DNA of 20,225 nt, taken from contig CAVQGX010000060.1 in the NCBI GenBank assembly GCA_963712115.1, positions 1 through 20,225 on the forward strand, written 5' to 3'. The DNA is from an uncultured delta proteobacterium. GTDB lineage: Bacteria > Desulfobacterota > Syntrophobacteria > BM002. The stretch's first letter is position 1, and each line of letters begins with the position of its first letter. The translations under genes and the position numbers were made by a program. Below the pieces are notes generated by a model. That model ran no database searches, was not told the DNA's origin, and saw nothing but the letters and a program-made list of their open reading frames with translations. This document shows positions 1-8,619 of this stretch, in pieces.

Positions 1-94
1 CGGGCAGCAGAAGTCTGAAAACTGATAGATAGCTTGGTTTTTTTGACACTGCGAGCTGTCAGCTGTCGGCTGCCAGCTTGGAGCAACGAAAATT

Positions 95-2164
95 TCAAGT
101 GATGAAGAGCCATACTGTCGAAGGGAGGCCGCCCATGAGCATGAGATAGGCGGTTATGGCTTTGATGGTATAAACGTAACACTCCCTCGATTTGCCTGCA
201 GTTCGCAGAGTCTTCAATTCAATATATGGCACGGGTGAGCGCCTGTACCAACCCTTGATTTGAACATAAGCGTCCTGGAGCTCTTGCGAACGCATGAGAC
301 CAAAGAAAAACTCCCAGATGCGGAGCGGTTGCCTGTAATCAAGAAAGATGATTCCTGTTTCATCTTGCAGGACAAAGTCCTCTGACCAGATAAGGCCCGG
401 CACTCCCCTGCCAACAATCTTTCCTTTCAACCTGCAGGGAACTCCCCGAACCGTTGATACTTTCACCTTTTTCAGCAGACTCGAGACACTCATCTCCGGA
501 AAAACCTCGGTGGGATAGGAAAATCCCAACTTGAAAAGCATTAAAAACCCACCAACAGCAAATGCCACGCCGTAGAGCCAGTTGATTTGCGTGAAAAATG
601 CCAGGGCTGCGAGCACTGCAAGAGCCACAAATGGCAAAATCATTATCATGATATCCACGAAAAACTCATCCCAATAACTTTCAGGCTTTCTCAGAGAGAA
701 GCGGATGAAAGGTTCCTGGCCCATTGTTTGGGCTTGACTGCCCAAGTGATTCATCCGGTTTGCCACCAGTGGGTGAGTGGAGTGAAGTTCATAATATTTA
801 GCCCAAGGGTTCCACAGGTCCCATTTCATCGCCCCCAAAATATTGGATCGTTGACTCAAATCTCTGACCTCTGCTGAAGGCTTGTCGACAGCGTAAGCGG
901 ATAGGGCGAAAGAGCTTGCCATTTTGCTGTCGAATATTCCCATGGCTCCAACCGCATCTAGCTGGGAAGATCGTTTTGCCTCTTCAGTGTCTTTCTTGCC
1001 CTCCTGACCGGCTAATCCGTAGGCGATCTTAACCAGAGCCGAGGCCAGGCTGTTAGGTGACTTTGTTACTTCCCCGGCGAACCTGTCAGCATAATACTCC
1101 CGAGTGCGGGAAAACCAGAGGACGATATATTCACAAACGATGTAAAGAACGTAGCTAACTATAGCCACGAGAGCTACGTATCCTGAACCCTTGTTATTGT
1201 TTCTCGATCCAGACTTAACCTGAATGAGTGTGCGGTATATGTAATAGAGGATGAGGGGCACCAACTGCACCACAGTCATGAGAAACATGTCCCAATTCTT
1301 AGCATGGCCTATTTCATGGGCAACAACACCTTCCACTTCAGGTTCGTCAAGGAGATTGAAAAGCCCCCTGGTCACCACAATACGAGCATTATTGGGAGTG
1401 TGCCCGTAGGTAAAGGCGTTGGGGCCGCCGTCGTCGATAATCCCAAATCTGGGGGTCTTCATGCCTTTCTCGCTGCAGGTCCTACGTATAAATCTCTCCA
1501 GATGTGGTGAGAGTTGATGGAGAGGTACCCAATCCATTTTGTAAAACCAGTTCAACGAGAGGTCCATCAACCACGGGCCCAGGAGAAACTGGATAAGAGC
1601 AATAGATACCCCTATGATCAGGGCCCAGGAAGGAGGCAGCTTGGCAAGTTCTACGCAGAGGATGAGAACCAGGGTAAGGAGTCCATAGAGGGAAATAATC
1701 GTCATGGTGGCGCGAAGCCCCAAATTCGGCAGGGAAGTTAGCAAGACCGGTTCTTTTGGCTGGATCGATTCATCAGTGTCAAAGCCTCTCTCAATATCCT
1801 CCTCCATCAATGGCTCTATTTTGATTGGGAGTTTTTTGGGGTCTGCAGTGAGGGTCTTTTTGAGCTCCCCTTTGTCGAACCACATCCCTCCTGTGTTCGG
1901 ACAGAAGTCGATGATCAGTTCGCCGTCCAATAGTGGAATTTCCTGCATCACTTCGCCGGTCTTTGGGCATTTGCGCTTAGTTGTTCGACCTTGCTGCAAT
2001 GCAGCCTTCAAAGTCTCTGCCAGTTCTTTTCGACGCTTGGTGAAGTGAAAAATCTCCCCTTTGTCCAACCAGATCCCGCCGCACTTGTCACAGTAGTCTA
2101 CCTCCACCCCCTGCTTGGTTAGAACCGTTCTTAATTCATTTACCTCACAAGTTGGACAGTTCAT
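95..2164 (-). CDS. htpX: HtpX-family (M48) membrane zinc metalloprotease with two N-terminal TFIIB-type zinc ribbons and a C-terminal extension
   Basis: PNAFTYG, HEIGH (HExxH), SRTREYYADRFA and STHP motifs with several TM segments; N-terminal CPTC...VEVDYCDKCGGIWLDKGE and CPKT...IDFCPNTGGMWFDKGE repeats. Confidence 0.9.
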   Translation of the reverse strand: MNCPTCEVNELRTVLTKQGVEVDYCDKCGGIWLDKGEIFHFTKRRKELAETLKAALQQGRTTKRKCPKTGEVMQEIPLLDGELIIDFCPNTGGMWFDKGELKKTLTADPKKLPIKIEPLMEEDIERGFDTDESIQPKEPVLLTSLPNLGLRATMTIISLYGLLTLVLILCVELAKLPPSWALIIGVSIALIQFLLGPWLMDLSLNWFYKMDWVPLHQLSPHLERFIRRTCSEKGMKTPRFGIIDDGGPNAFTYGHTPNNARIVVTRGLFNLLDEPEVEGVVAHEIGHAKNWDMFLMTVVQLVPLILYYIYRTLIQVKSGSRNNNKGSGYVALVAIVSYVLYIVCEYIVLWFSRTREYYADRFAGEVTKSPNSLASALVKIAYGLAGQEGKKDTEEAKRSSQLDAVGAMGIFDSKMASSFALSAYAVDKPSAEVRDLSQRSNILGAMKWDLWNPWAKYYELHSTHPLVANRMNHLGSQAQTMGQEPFIRFSLRKPESYWDEFFVDIMIMILPFVALAVLAALAFFTQINWLYGVAFAVGGFLMLFKLGFSYPTEVFPEMSVSSLLKKVKVSTVRGVPCRLKGKIVGRGVPGLIWSEDFVLQDETGIIFLDYRQPLRIWEFFFGLMRSQELQDAYVQIKGWYRRSPVPYIELKTLRTAGKSRECYVYTIKAITAYLMLMGGLPSTVWLFIT

Positions 2165-2228
2165 TAGAGACCTTCCTGTGGTGATTGGTTTTGTGCCATC
2201 AATGGGCCTTCGCGAAGGTCATCCATGT

Positions 2229-2244
2229 TGCACGACCCATGCCA
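2229..2244 (-). promoter_or_regulatory. Putative sigma-54 (-24/-12) promoter of htpX
   Basis: Minus strand TGGCATGGGTCGTGCA has GG-N10-GC spacing, ~65 nt upstream of the ATG at 2164. Confidence 0.55.
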
Positions 2245-2258
2245 GTGGTAAACAGCAG

Positions 2259-2287
2259 GCAGCCCTTCGACTCCGCTCAGGACAGGC
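2259..2287 (+). repeat. REP-like short repeat, copy 1, inside a heptamer tract
   Basis: GCAGCCCTTCGACTCCGCTCAGGACAGGC is the exact reverse complement of 14196-14224. Confidence 0.85.
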
Positions 2288-2449
2288 GGGCAGCAGACAG
2301 TAGTTTCAACTAGGCACGATGGAAATCATTTTGCGTCTTCAGCGGAATATCTAGTAGAAAAGTACGGCAAGTCTATCACAACATATTGTGGCAGGAATGC
2401 GAATTATGAAGTGTGCATTAAAGTATGTAATGCACAGTCCAGAGGCTAG

Positions 2450-2610
2450 GAGTCTGTCGGAGTACCTCTTTATTGGACACTCGGTGGTCATCGTGGCCCT
2501 AATGGGACCCTAAAACGGCGAATGGAGTGGTCAACGTTAGTCAGAATGCCAGTGCGACTGAACCTTGCGTCCCTATTTTTCCATTGAGAGCTAGCTAGTC
2601 CGACACACTC
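2450..2610. mobile_element. 161-bp MITE with 15-bp terminal inverted repeats and CTAG flanks (IS5-like)
   Basis: Left end GAGTCTGTCGGAGTA vs right end reverse complement GAGTGTGTCGGACTA (13/15); CTAG at 2446-2449 and 2611-2614; no ORF inside. Confidence 0.75.
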
Positions 2611-2625
2611 CTAGGTTGCACTCTA

Positions 2626-2958
2626 TTAATGCGACTGTTTGGAAACAATCTCACCAAGAAACTGAATGTCATCTTCTGAGATGTACTTAAACTGCACACC
2701 AAAGACAAAGCGGTGTGGGCTTTCCGAGGAGTCAGCGTCAAGAGCCCAAATTGTTTTGGCAAAGACTAAGAATGACTTGCGATCGGGAGGTTGAATCTCC
2801 AATGAGAGTTCTGGTCCTGATGAAGGAAGTTTTTGACAGTAGATGGATGCACCCACTTGACTGATGTTTTTTATTTCACCAAGAGTGTGTTGCTCAGGGG
2901 ATAGAATAGTCACAGGCCACTCAACTTCTGCTCGTGCGAATTGCCGTCTATCTTTCAT
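2626..2958 (-). CDS. Stand-alone PilZ domain protein (c-di-GMP receptor)
   Basis: RRQFAR (RxxxR) and NISQVG (D/NxSxxG) motifs, FGVQF near the C-terminus, 110 aa. Confidence 0.9.
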   Translation of the reverse strand: MKDRRQFARAEVEWPVTILSPEQHTLGEIKNISQVGASIYCQKLPSSGPELSLEIQPPDRKSFLVFAKTIWALDADSSESPHRFVFGVQFKYISEDDIQFLGEIVSKQSH

Positions 2959-2991
2959 GAGACCATTGTACCTCTCTCCTCAGTACCACAG

Positions 2992-3246
2992 TTAATCCTC
3001 TAATATCTCCGTGCAGAACTGGTAGCACTTGTCAAGCCCCTGGTTGCATTGAGAAACACATTCAATCTGTTCGGTTTTGGTCCCTTGGCAAGCCATTTTG
3101 CAGTCATAATCCGCTTGCCGACATTGGATTGCGCAGCGTTGCCCTGAGATAGTTGCGAAATAGGGTGGATCGGGAAGGGAATGTTCTGGAGCGTGGGAGC
3201 AGGCAGTTACAAAAAGGATGCAGAGGACTAATAGGACTTTTTTCAT
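2992..3246 (-). CDS. Small cysteine-rich lipoprotein
   Basis: MKKVLLVLCILFVTAC lipobox from ATG 3246 (GGAG upstream); four CxxxC pairs in the mature part. Confidence 0.75.
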   Translation of the reverse strand: MKKVLLVLCILFVTACSHAPEHSLPDPPYFATISGQRCAIQCRQADYDCKMACQGTKTEQIECVSQCNQGLDKCYQFCTEILED

Positions 3247-3297
3247 TAGTAACTCCAAGTTCAGTTAGTTGACATCAATTTTCTAGCTAAATTTACT

Positions 3298-3313
3298 AGC
3301 AGAAAACATGCCA
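3298..3313 (-). promoter_or_regulatory. Putative sigma-54 promoter of the lipoprotein-PilZ operon
   Basis: Minus strand TGGCATGTTTTCTGCT, GG-N10-GC, ~50 nt upstream of ATG 3246. Confidence 0.65.
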
Positions 3314-3471
3314 GGGGATTAGCCATGCACTAGTACGGTTAGGAGAGAAGTTACGCAGGCTCTTTCGTAAATGGGGGTTGTTACACTAAATAAAGTGGAG
3401 CCGCAATAGCTCCGCTGATGTTCTTTGAAAAATGAATAGTGAAAGGCAAGGCGAGGAAGAATAGTTTTGTA

Positions 3472-3804
3472 TTAGATGCGGGTCATTGATGAAAGCAAAA
3501 GCCTTTCCATCCGCCCGATTATAATCTCTGTTCGGGTCTGCGGGTGCTTTCCAAGTAAAAACATAGTTATTAGGCAGGTCAACGGCACCAAGAGTTTCTC
3601 GTTAGGAAAACTATACATTACTGCGTACGCAGAAAAAATTGCTAAGAAAAGCTGAAAAAGCAAAAAAGTCATGCGTCTCATTCTATATCTTTCCTGCTTT
3701 TGCTCATCTGCCCAGTATGATTTGCCTTGGCTTTTGAGAATCATGTTTGCTACGACCAGAAAGCCAAATGTTGCACCCACAGTGTAGGCCCAAAAAAAGA
3801 ACAT
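3472..3804 (-). CDS. Hypothetical small membrane protein
   Basis: 110 aa, about three hydrophobic segments, ATG preceded by GAAGG; no family recognised. Confidence 0.55.
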   Translation of the reverse strand: MFFFWAYTVGATFGFLVVANMILKSQGKSYWADEQKQERYRMRRMTFLLFQLFLAIFSAYAVMYSFPNEKLLVPLTCLITMFLLGKHPQTRTEIIIGRMERLLLSSMTRI

Positions 3805-3979
3805 GGCGTACCTTCAGTTTTTTCTTCGGTAAAAATGCAAAGCCTATGCCAACAAAAAAACGGAGCCTAAGCTCTGCACGTTCTTTGAAAATGACCAAGA
3901 TATTCGGAACGCACCTAGATATAGTGGCCCTATCTGAAAGGCAAAAGTGTGGATTAAAGTATGTAATATACATTTTCCG

Positions 3980-4018
3980 AAATAAGAACGGCGACCCTCA
4001 AACTGAAGGTCACCGCTC
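3980..4018 (-). terminator. Intrinsic terminator of the Ig-like protein gene
   Basis: Minus strand GAGCGGTGACCTTCA-GTT-TGAGGGTCGCCGTTC hairpin followed by TTATTT; its G-U pairs form only on the minus strand; ~50 nt after the stop at 4066. Confidence 0.7.
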
Positions 4019-4065
4019 ATACCAATATCTTATCACTAGGGAAACTCCCGTCCTATATATACCTC

Positions 4066-5043
4066 CTATCCAGAAGAACCAGTAGGGGGGGTCGTATCTG
4101 CTACCGTGTTGTTGTGTCCCTTCCCTTGACCTGTGAGGTATTCGTGAGTATGGCTTCCAACTAGCTCCGTTAGATCCGTGAGTCCTTCTTCAAGGTTTTC
4201 TACGCGTTCCACCAGCGGATCTTCAGTGATAGTTATATCTAAGGACGGGCTGTCCGTACTGATATTCCCAGCCAAGTCTTCTAAGCGAACTGTGATGGAG
4301 TAATCGCCTATCACCAGCGGAGCGGAGGTGATTACCCATTCACCCTGACTGTCCACGAACGTGCAGCCCACTATGGCGTTGTTGGCTCGCAGTTGCACCT
4401 TGGCACCCGGTTCGCCAACGCCGGCGAAGGTGGGCTGCTCTATGCTAGTCTCGTTATCATCGTCGTAAGTCCCTGAATCGCTGGACGGCAGCAAGTCCGG
4501 CGTGGACGCGACAGGTGGAGTCTGATCAAGGGTGAGCAACAGCGGCAAGGGATCGCCGAAGCGGTCCTGGAAATCGGTTCCGTCGTAGTATTGCACGACG
4601 CCGCTGATGGCGTTCAGACCTCCGCCACCCCCGCTGGGAATGAAAGTCGTCGCCAATTCACCTGGACCGAATGTGTACTGAAAGAGCGTGGTACTTGTGC
4701 CAGCGATGCCCGTGGCAATGCCGACGACAGAGCCATTGACAGATACCACAACCGCAGCTCCCGGCTCTCCGGCGGCGATCTCAGACGGGGTGAGTATATC
4801 AATGCCCATATCGGCTTCATCTTTCAAATCGGCTTGGATGAAGATTCGTGCTTCGTCCTCGCTTGTGACGTTGTCCTTATTAGACCAGCCGGTATCGTCC
4901 TACGGATCTAACCAGACGGTCAAAGTGTCGATTTCCACCTGCTGGGCGTTTACCTGTGCAGGTATCCCGATGATTAGAGTAATGGCAATCAGCGTGAGGG
5001 TTATGACATGTATGATCTGGTCACCTGCTTCTAATCTTTTCAT
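4066..5043 (-). pseudogene. Secreted bacterial Ig-like (Big_13-like) domain protein interrupted by an in-frame TAG at codon 48; the track ORF 4066-4827 is its 3' part
   Basis: ATG 5043 with GGAGGT RBS gives a signal peptide then LDP*DDTGWSNKDNVTS, in frame with 4066-4827, which contains the matching LLPSSDSGTYDDDNETS...PTFAGVGEPGAKVQL...EDLAGN Ig-like repeat. TAG at 4902-4900. Confidence 0.75.
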
Positions 5044-5393
5044 CTTTATACCTCCCACATAGATTCAACGTAAAGTTGCTTATTGGATTCAAAACACAAC
5101 CTATTTTTTATCACCTCCTTCTAGCGCAGGAACTGGGGAATGAAATGCAAAGAAAGAAAACCACAGTTCTGAAATAGCTTTAGAAATAAATTTTCAAAAA
5201 AAAGGAAGCTTGTACACCTAATTGGAATCGTTCTTCTTTTTCCGGAGATCTGGACAGTTCTGAATATACGCAAGATGTGTGACTAGTTACTGCTCTCAGT
5301 ATGAGACAACCAGGTGGACTTTGCAAATAGGTGAGGAGTATGGATTTGGCTATTGATGTACAAACCCATCTTGACCACGGTAAAATTGGAGAT

Positions 5394-5480
5394 TCCCTTA
5401 ATTCACAGTTTTGGCTCTGGGAAGGATACTACCATATGTAGAGGCGGGTCAGAAAGGGCAAAAGTGTGAATGTATGTAAT
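5394..5480 (-). repeat. ~85-bp self-complementary element, copy A (inverted relative to B and C)
   Basis: Reverse complement runs ATTACATACATTCACACTTTT...TGTGAATTAAGGGA, colinear with 7200-7287 and 8620-8705. Confidence 0.7.
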
Positions 5481-5762
5481 CCACACTTCGCCACCTTTTT
5501 TTTATTCCCTCCAATATTGACAACAATGCACCCGAGAGGGTACCAACTTCTATTGACATAAGTGTCTTCCGCTTTAACTTGTAAAGACATCGGTTTTTGC
5601 ACCAGCACTAACCTGCAAACCGAGCAAACGTTCGGCGTGAAGTTCCCATCTTCCTTTCGGGAAAAGGTCATGAAGGACAACGATGGTTCCATCGAGCGGT
5701 CAAAAGCAAAGGTAAAGATTAATCGCAAATAACAGACTTAATTGAGAGGATAAGGAGAAAAC

Positions 5763-6554
5763 ATGAAAAGAGTAACTTCTTTAATTGTCATAGGTATCCT
5801 TAGCGCATTTCTCTGGTCTACAGCCCAGCCGGTCAAGAGTGCTGAAATGGACGACCGGCAGGCCATGGACATCCTGCAGAACATGGCCAGGACCCTTGCT
5901 GAGGCAAAACAGTTCAGCGTTACCCTGCGCATCAGTTATGACGCGACCCAGGAAAACGGGCAGATGATTGAGTTCGGGGCGGTGCGCGAAATCCAGGTCA
6001 AGCGGCCCGATAACCTGCGAGTCGATCTGGAGCAAAGTGACGGAGACCAACGTATCCTGGTTTTCGATGGTAAACAGATCCTCGTCTACAATGTCACTGA
6101 AAACGTCTATGCCAAGGCCGAAAAAGTCGGCAGCGTTGATGATGCTGTCAAGTACCTTGTCGGTGTCCTGAAGATCACACTGCCGTTGGCCAAGATGTTC
6201 CAGACAAACTTCTCTGCCGAACTGGAGCAGTTGGTTGAAGAAATTGATTATGTCGAACTGAACATGCTGACCGATGTGCCAACCGACCACCTTGCCGTTC
6301 GCACCAGGGATGTTGATTTCCAGATATGGATTGCCCAGGGTAAAGAGCCGCTACCAAGGCGGATCGTCATAATATACAAGAACTACAAGGGCGAGCCGCA
6401 GTTCCGGGCCGATTTTTCAAACTGGAATCTTTCCGCCAAAGGTGTCAAAGGGCCATTCACCTTCACCCCGCCTAAAAATGCCGAACAGATCCCGTTTATT
6501 GTCCGTAACCGTGCAGAAGCGGGCATCCCCGCCCAGAAAGAAGGTGCAAAATGA
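5763..6554 (+). CDS. DUF2092-family periplasmic protein (LolA-like fold)
   Basis: Signal peptide; VKRPDNLRV, FDGK, DFQIWI...PLPRRIVI, PQF...FSNWN, FTFTPP patterns typical of DUF2092; AAGGAG RBS. Confidence 0.85.
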   Translation: MKRVTSLIVIGILSAFLWSTAQPVKSAEMDDRQAMDILQNMARTLAEAKQFSVTLRISYDATQENGQMIEFGAVREIQVKRPDNLRVDLEQSDGDQRILVFDGKQILVYNVTENVYAKAEKVGSVDDAVKYLVGVLKITLPLAKMFQTNFSAELEQLVEEIDYVELNMLTDVPTDHLAVRTRDVDFQIWIAQGKEPLPRRIVIIYKNYKGEPQFRADFSNWNLSAKGVKGPFTFTPPKNAEQIPFIVRNRAEAGIPAQKEGAK

Positions 6555-7078
6555 AAAGCAGATATCCATTTATACTGATAGCAGTCATATTTGTTTTTTG
6601 CATGACAACCTTTATGGCCAGCATGGTTGAAGCCCGCGGCGGCAGGGGCGGCGGCAGAGGCGGCGGTGGTTTCTCACGCGGCGGTCCAGCAGCAAGAGGT
6701 GGATTCTCCTCGCGTCCAGCAGGAAAAAGTCCAGCGAGCCAAGCACCACGACAGGAAACCCGACGGGAACAACCTCGTGACCGAGATAGAGATCGTGATG
6801 ATCGGCAGGAACGTCGTGATGAAATCCGGGAAGACCGCCAGGAACACCGTGAAGATGCACGCGAAGATCGTCAGGACTTCATTGATGATGAAAGGGATGA
6901 TTACTATGATCACCATCATCATTATGGCGGTGTAGCCTATGTGACCTATGCTCCATGCTCGACCACCGTGGTTATAGGCGGTTCAACTTGCTACCATTGC
7001 AGTTCGACCTGGTATTCACGCGGCTATGAGGGCGGTGACGTGGTCTATATTGTTACTTCAGCACCGGCAGGATATTGA
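6551..7078 (+). CDS. Secreted low-complexity protein (RGG / RDE-rich, His tract, small Cys-Tyr C-terminal domain), usual DUF2092 partner
   Basis: ATGA overlap with the upstream gene; signal peptide ending VEA; C-terminal PCSTTVVIGGSTCYHCSSTWY...YIVTSAPAGY. Confidence 0.75.
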   Translation: MKSRYPFILIAVIFVFCMTTFMASMVEARGGRGGGRGGGGFSRGGPAARGGFSSRPAGKSPASQAPRQETRREQPRDRDRDRDDRQERRDEIREDRQEHREDAREDRQDFIDDERDDYYDHHHHYGGVAYVTYAPCSTTVVIGGSTCYHCSSTWYSRGYEGGDVVYIVTSAPAGY

Positions 7079-7199
7079 TGAAAAAGATTCATTTCTCAAA
7101 AGGTTCAGATAGAGGCGGCAATTAGCACGCTTGATCATTACCGATTGCTGCAGTCGGAAGCGGCAAACAGCTTCGTTGGTTTTTTGGTACTGAGTGAAC

Positions 7200-7287
7200 A
7201 TTACATACTCCACACTTTTCCCCCGAAGAACATGCTACCTCATTTTGTGCTAGATTCACTGGGAGCAGAAGTGTGAATTAAGGGATG
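7200..7287 (+). repeat. ~85-bp self-complementary element, copy B
   Basis: CATTTTGTGCTA (7241-7252) and GAAGTGTGAATTAAGGGATG (7268-7287) are identical to blocks in copy C. Confidence 0.8.
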
Positions 7288-7605
7288 TAATACAAAGTCT
7301 GCTTCCATCCATCTATGCTGCTCGCCCAACTTTCTCACTAGTTTCATAGGAGTACTATTTCCAGAATGATGCATCCTTCCTATTTACAAGGTCATTAATA
7401 CTGTCGTAATCTAAAATAATTCAGTTTCCTGCTACCAATCGTCCACGAGAGACAATTTTTTCTTTCTGCTCACATTCATGTAGTCTGAAGTCAGATAAAC
7501 TTTTAACTATAGATATACTGACAACCGCTCACACCTACCAAAATTAGCAAGTCATTTCTGATCAGGTGCATAGGTTTAGCCATCGTTGGTGATCTATTGC
7601 TTTAA

Positions 7606-8562
7606 ATGAAGACAGCAGTAACACTGAAGAAGAAAAGCAGCAAAATATCATTACGAAAGAGACCTGTGAACTCAAAATCTTTTAGTTACTTTAGTTCGGC
7701 ACTGCCGATGTATCTTCACATAGGTGCATTATGGCTATGTTTAGTTATATTGGCCATTGGTTCATGCTTAGGCATCTTACATTGGAAAAATTATTTGCGA
7801 CTAAGAGATGAAAATGTCTATTTGCAGCAGAAGAAGATGGAATTAGAAGAACTGCAATTGGCATTGAAAAGCATTCAAAAAAATGAGATTGTTTTTAGAG
7901 GTTTTCTCGGATTCACAGAGTCCGCAGAGGTATTAGCCAGTCTTGGTCAAGGAGGTGCCTCCAAAAATCTTTCCGCACGTGGTGAGATTCGATCGCCTAC
8001 TAGAACACATCTCGCCTCAGTCCTAGAACAGGCCAAATCACTTCAAGAAAGAGTACAAGAACTTGCAGAGATCATAATCCAGCAGCAAGATCTCATGGAT
8101 AGAACCCCAAGTATATTGCCGGTCAATGCGAAAAACTTCTGGTTCTCCTCTAGATTCGGCTGGCGACGTAGTCCATTCACTAGAGCCAGAGAGTTTCATA
8201 AAGGTTTGGACATTAGTGGCCGGAAAGGTGCACCCATAGTTGCCCCTGCCAAAGGGAGAGTAATTGGAAGAGGATACGACGACTATCAAGGCAACTACCT
8301 ACAGATCGACCATGGCTGGGGATGCGTAACGACGTTTGCGCATCTCCTTAACTTCAATGTGTCACTTGGTCAAGAGGTCGAGCGAGGAGAAGTCATTGCT
8401 TTTATGGGTAGCACAGGACGTTCAACTAATCCTCATCTACACTACCAAATTGAGGTCAACGGTGAGGTTGTGGATCCAAATAACTTCATCATCATTACTA
8501 AAGACAACATGCCACTGGAAATCTTAGTCAAGACAGATGCTATAAGAAAATTGAATGAATAG
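7606..8562 (+). CDS. M23-family peptidoglycan metallopeptidase with N-terminal TM anchor and coiled coil
   Basis: TPSILPV, SSRFGWRRSPFT, HKGLD (HxxxD), GSTGRSTNPHLHY (HxH); start codon uncertain. Confidence 0.9.
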   Translation: MKTAVTLKKKSSKISLRKRPVNSKSFSYFSSALPMYLHIGALWLCLVILAIGSCLGILHWKNYLRLRDENVYLQQKKMELEELQLALKSIQKNEIVFRGFLGFTESAEVLASLGQGGASKNLSARGEIRSPTRTHLASVLEQAKSLQERVQELAEIIIQQQDLMDRTPSILPVNAKNFWFSSRFGWRRSPFTRAREFHKGLDISGRKGAPIVAPAKGRVIGRGYDDYQGNYLQIDHGWGCVTTFAHLLNFNVSLGQEVERGEVIAFMGSTGRSTNPHLHYQIEVNGEVVDPNNFIIITKDNMPLEILVKTDAIRKLNE

Positions 8563-8619
8563 AAGGAGTTAATATATCGTTAAAAGCTAAAGTCAGAACT
8601 AATCTCCTGAAAGTCCAGG

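Noticed and set aside
2376-2391. NrdR-box-like palindrome TCACAACATATTGTGG
   Set aside because: No ribonucleotide reductase gene is adjacent and there is no convincing second box at the usual spacing.
2410-2437. Possible dif (XerCD) site
   Set aside because: No TTATGTTAAAT-like XerD arm, and the spacer is 7 bp.
5110-5122. ATCACCTCCTTCT resembling the 16S rRNA 3' end
   Set aside because: No rRNA sequence around it; it is a perfect Shine-Dalgarno on the minus strand followed only by a two-codon frame.
5429-5728. 99-aa ORF next to repeat A as a transposase fragment
   Set aside because: No recognisable DDE, HUH or recombinase motifs.
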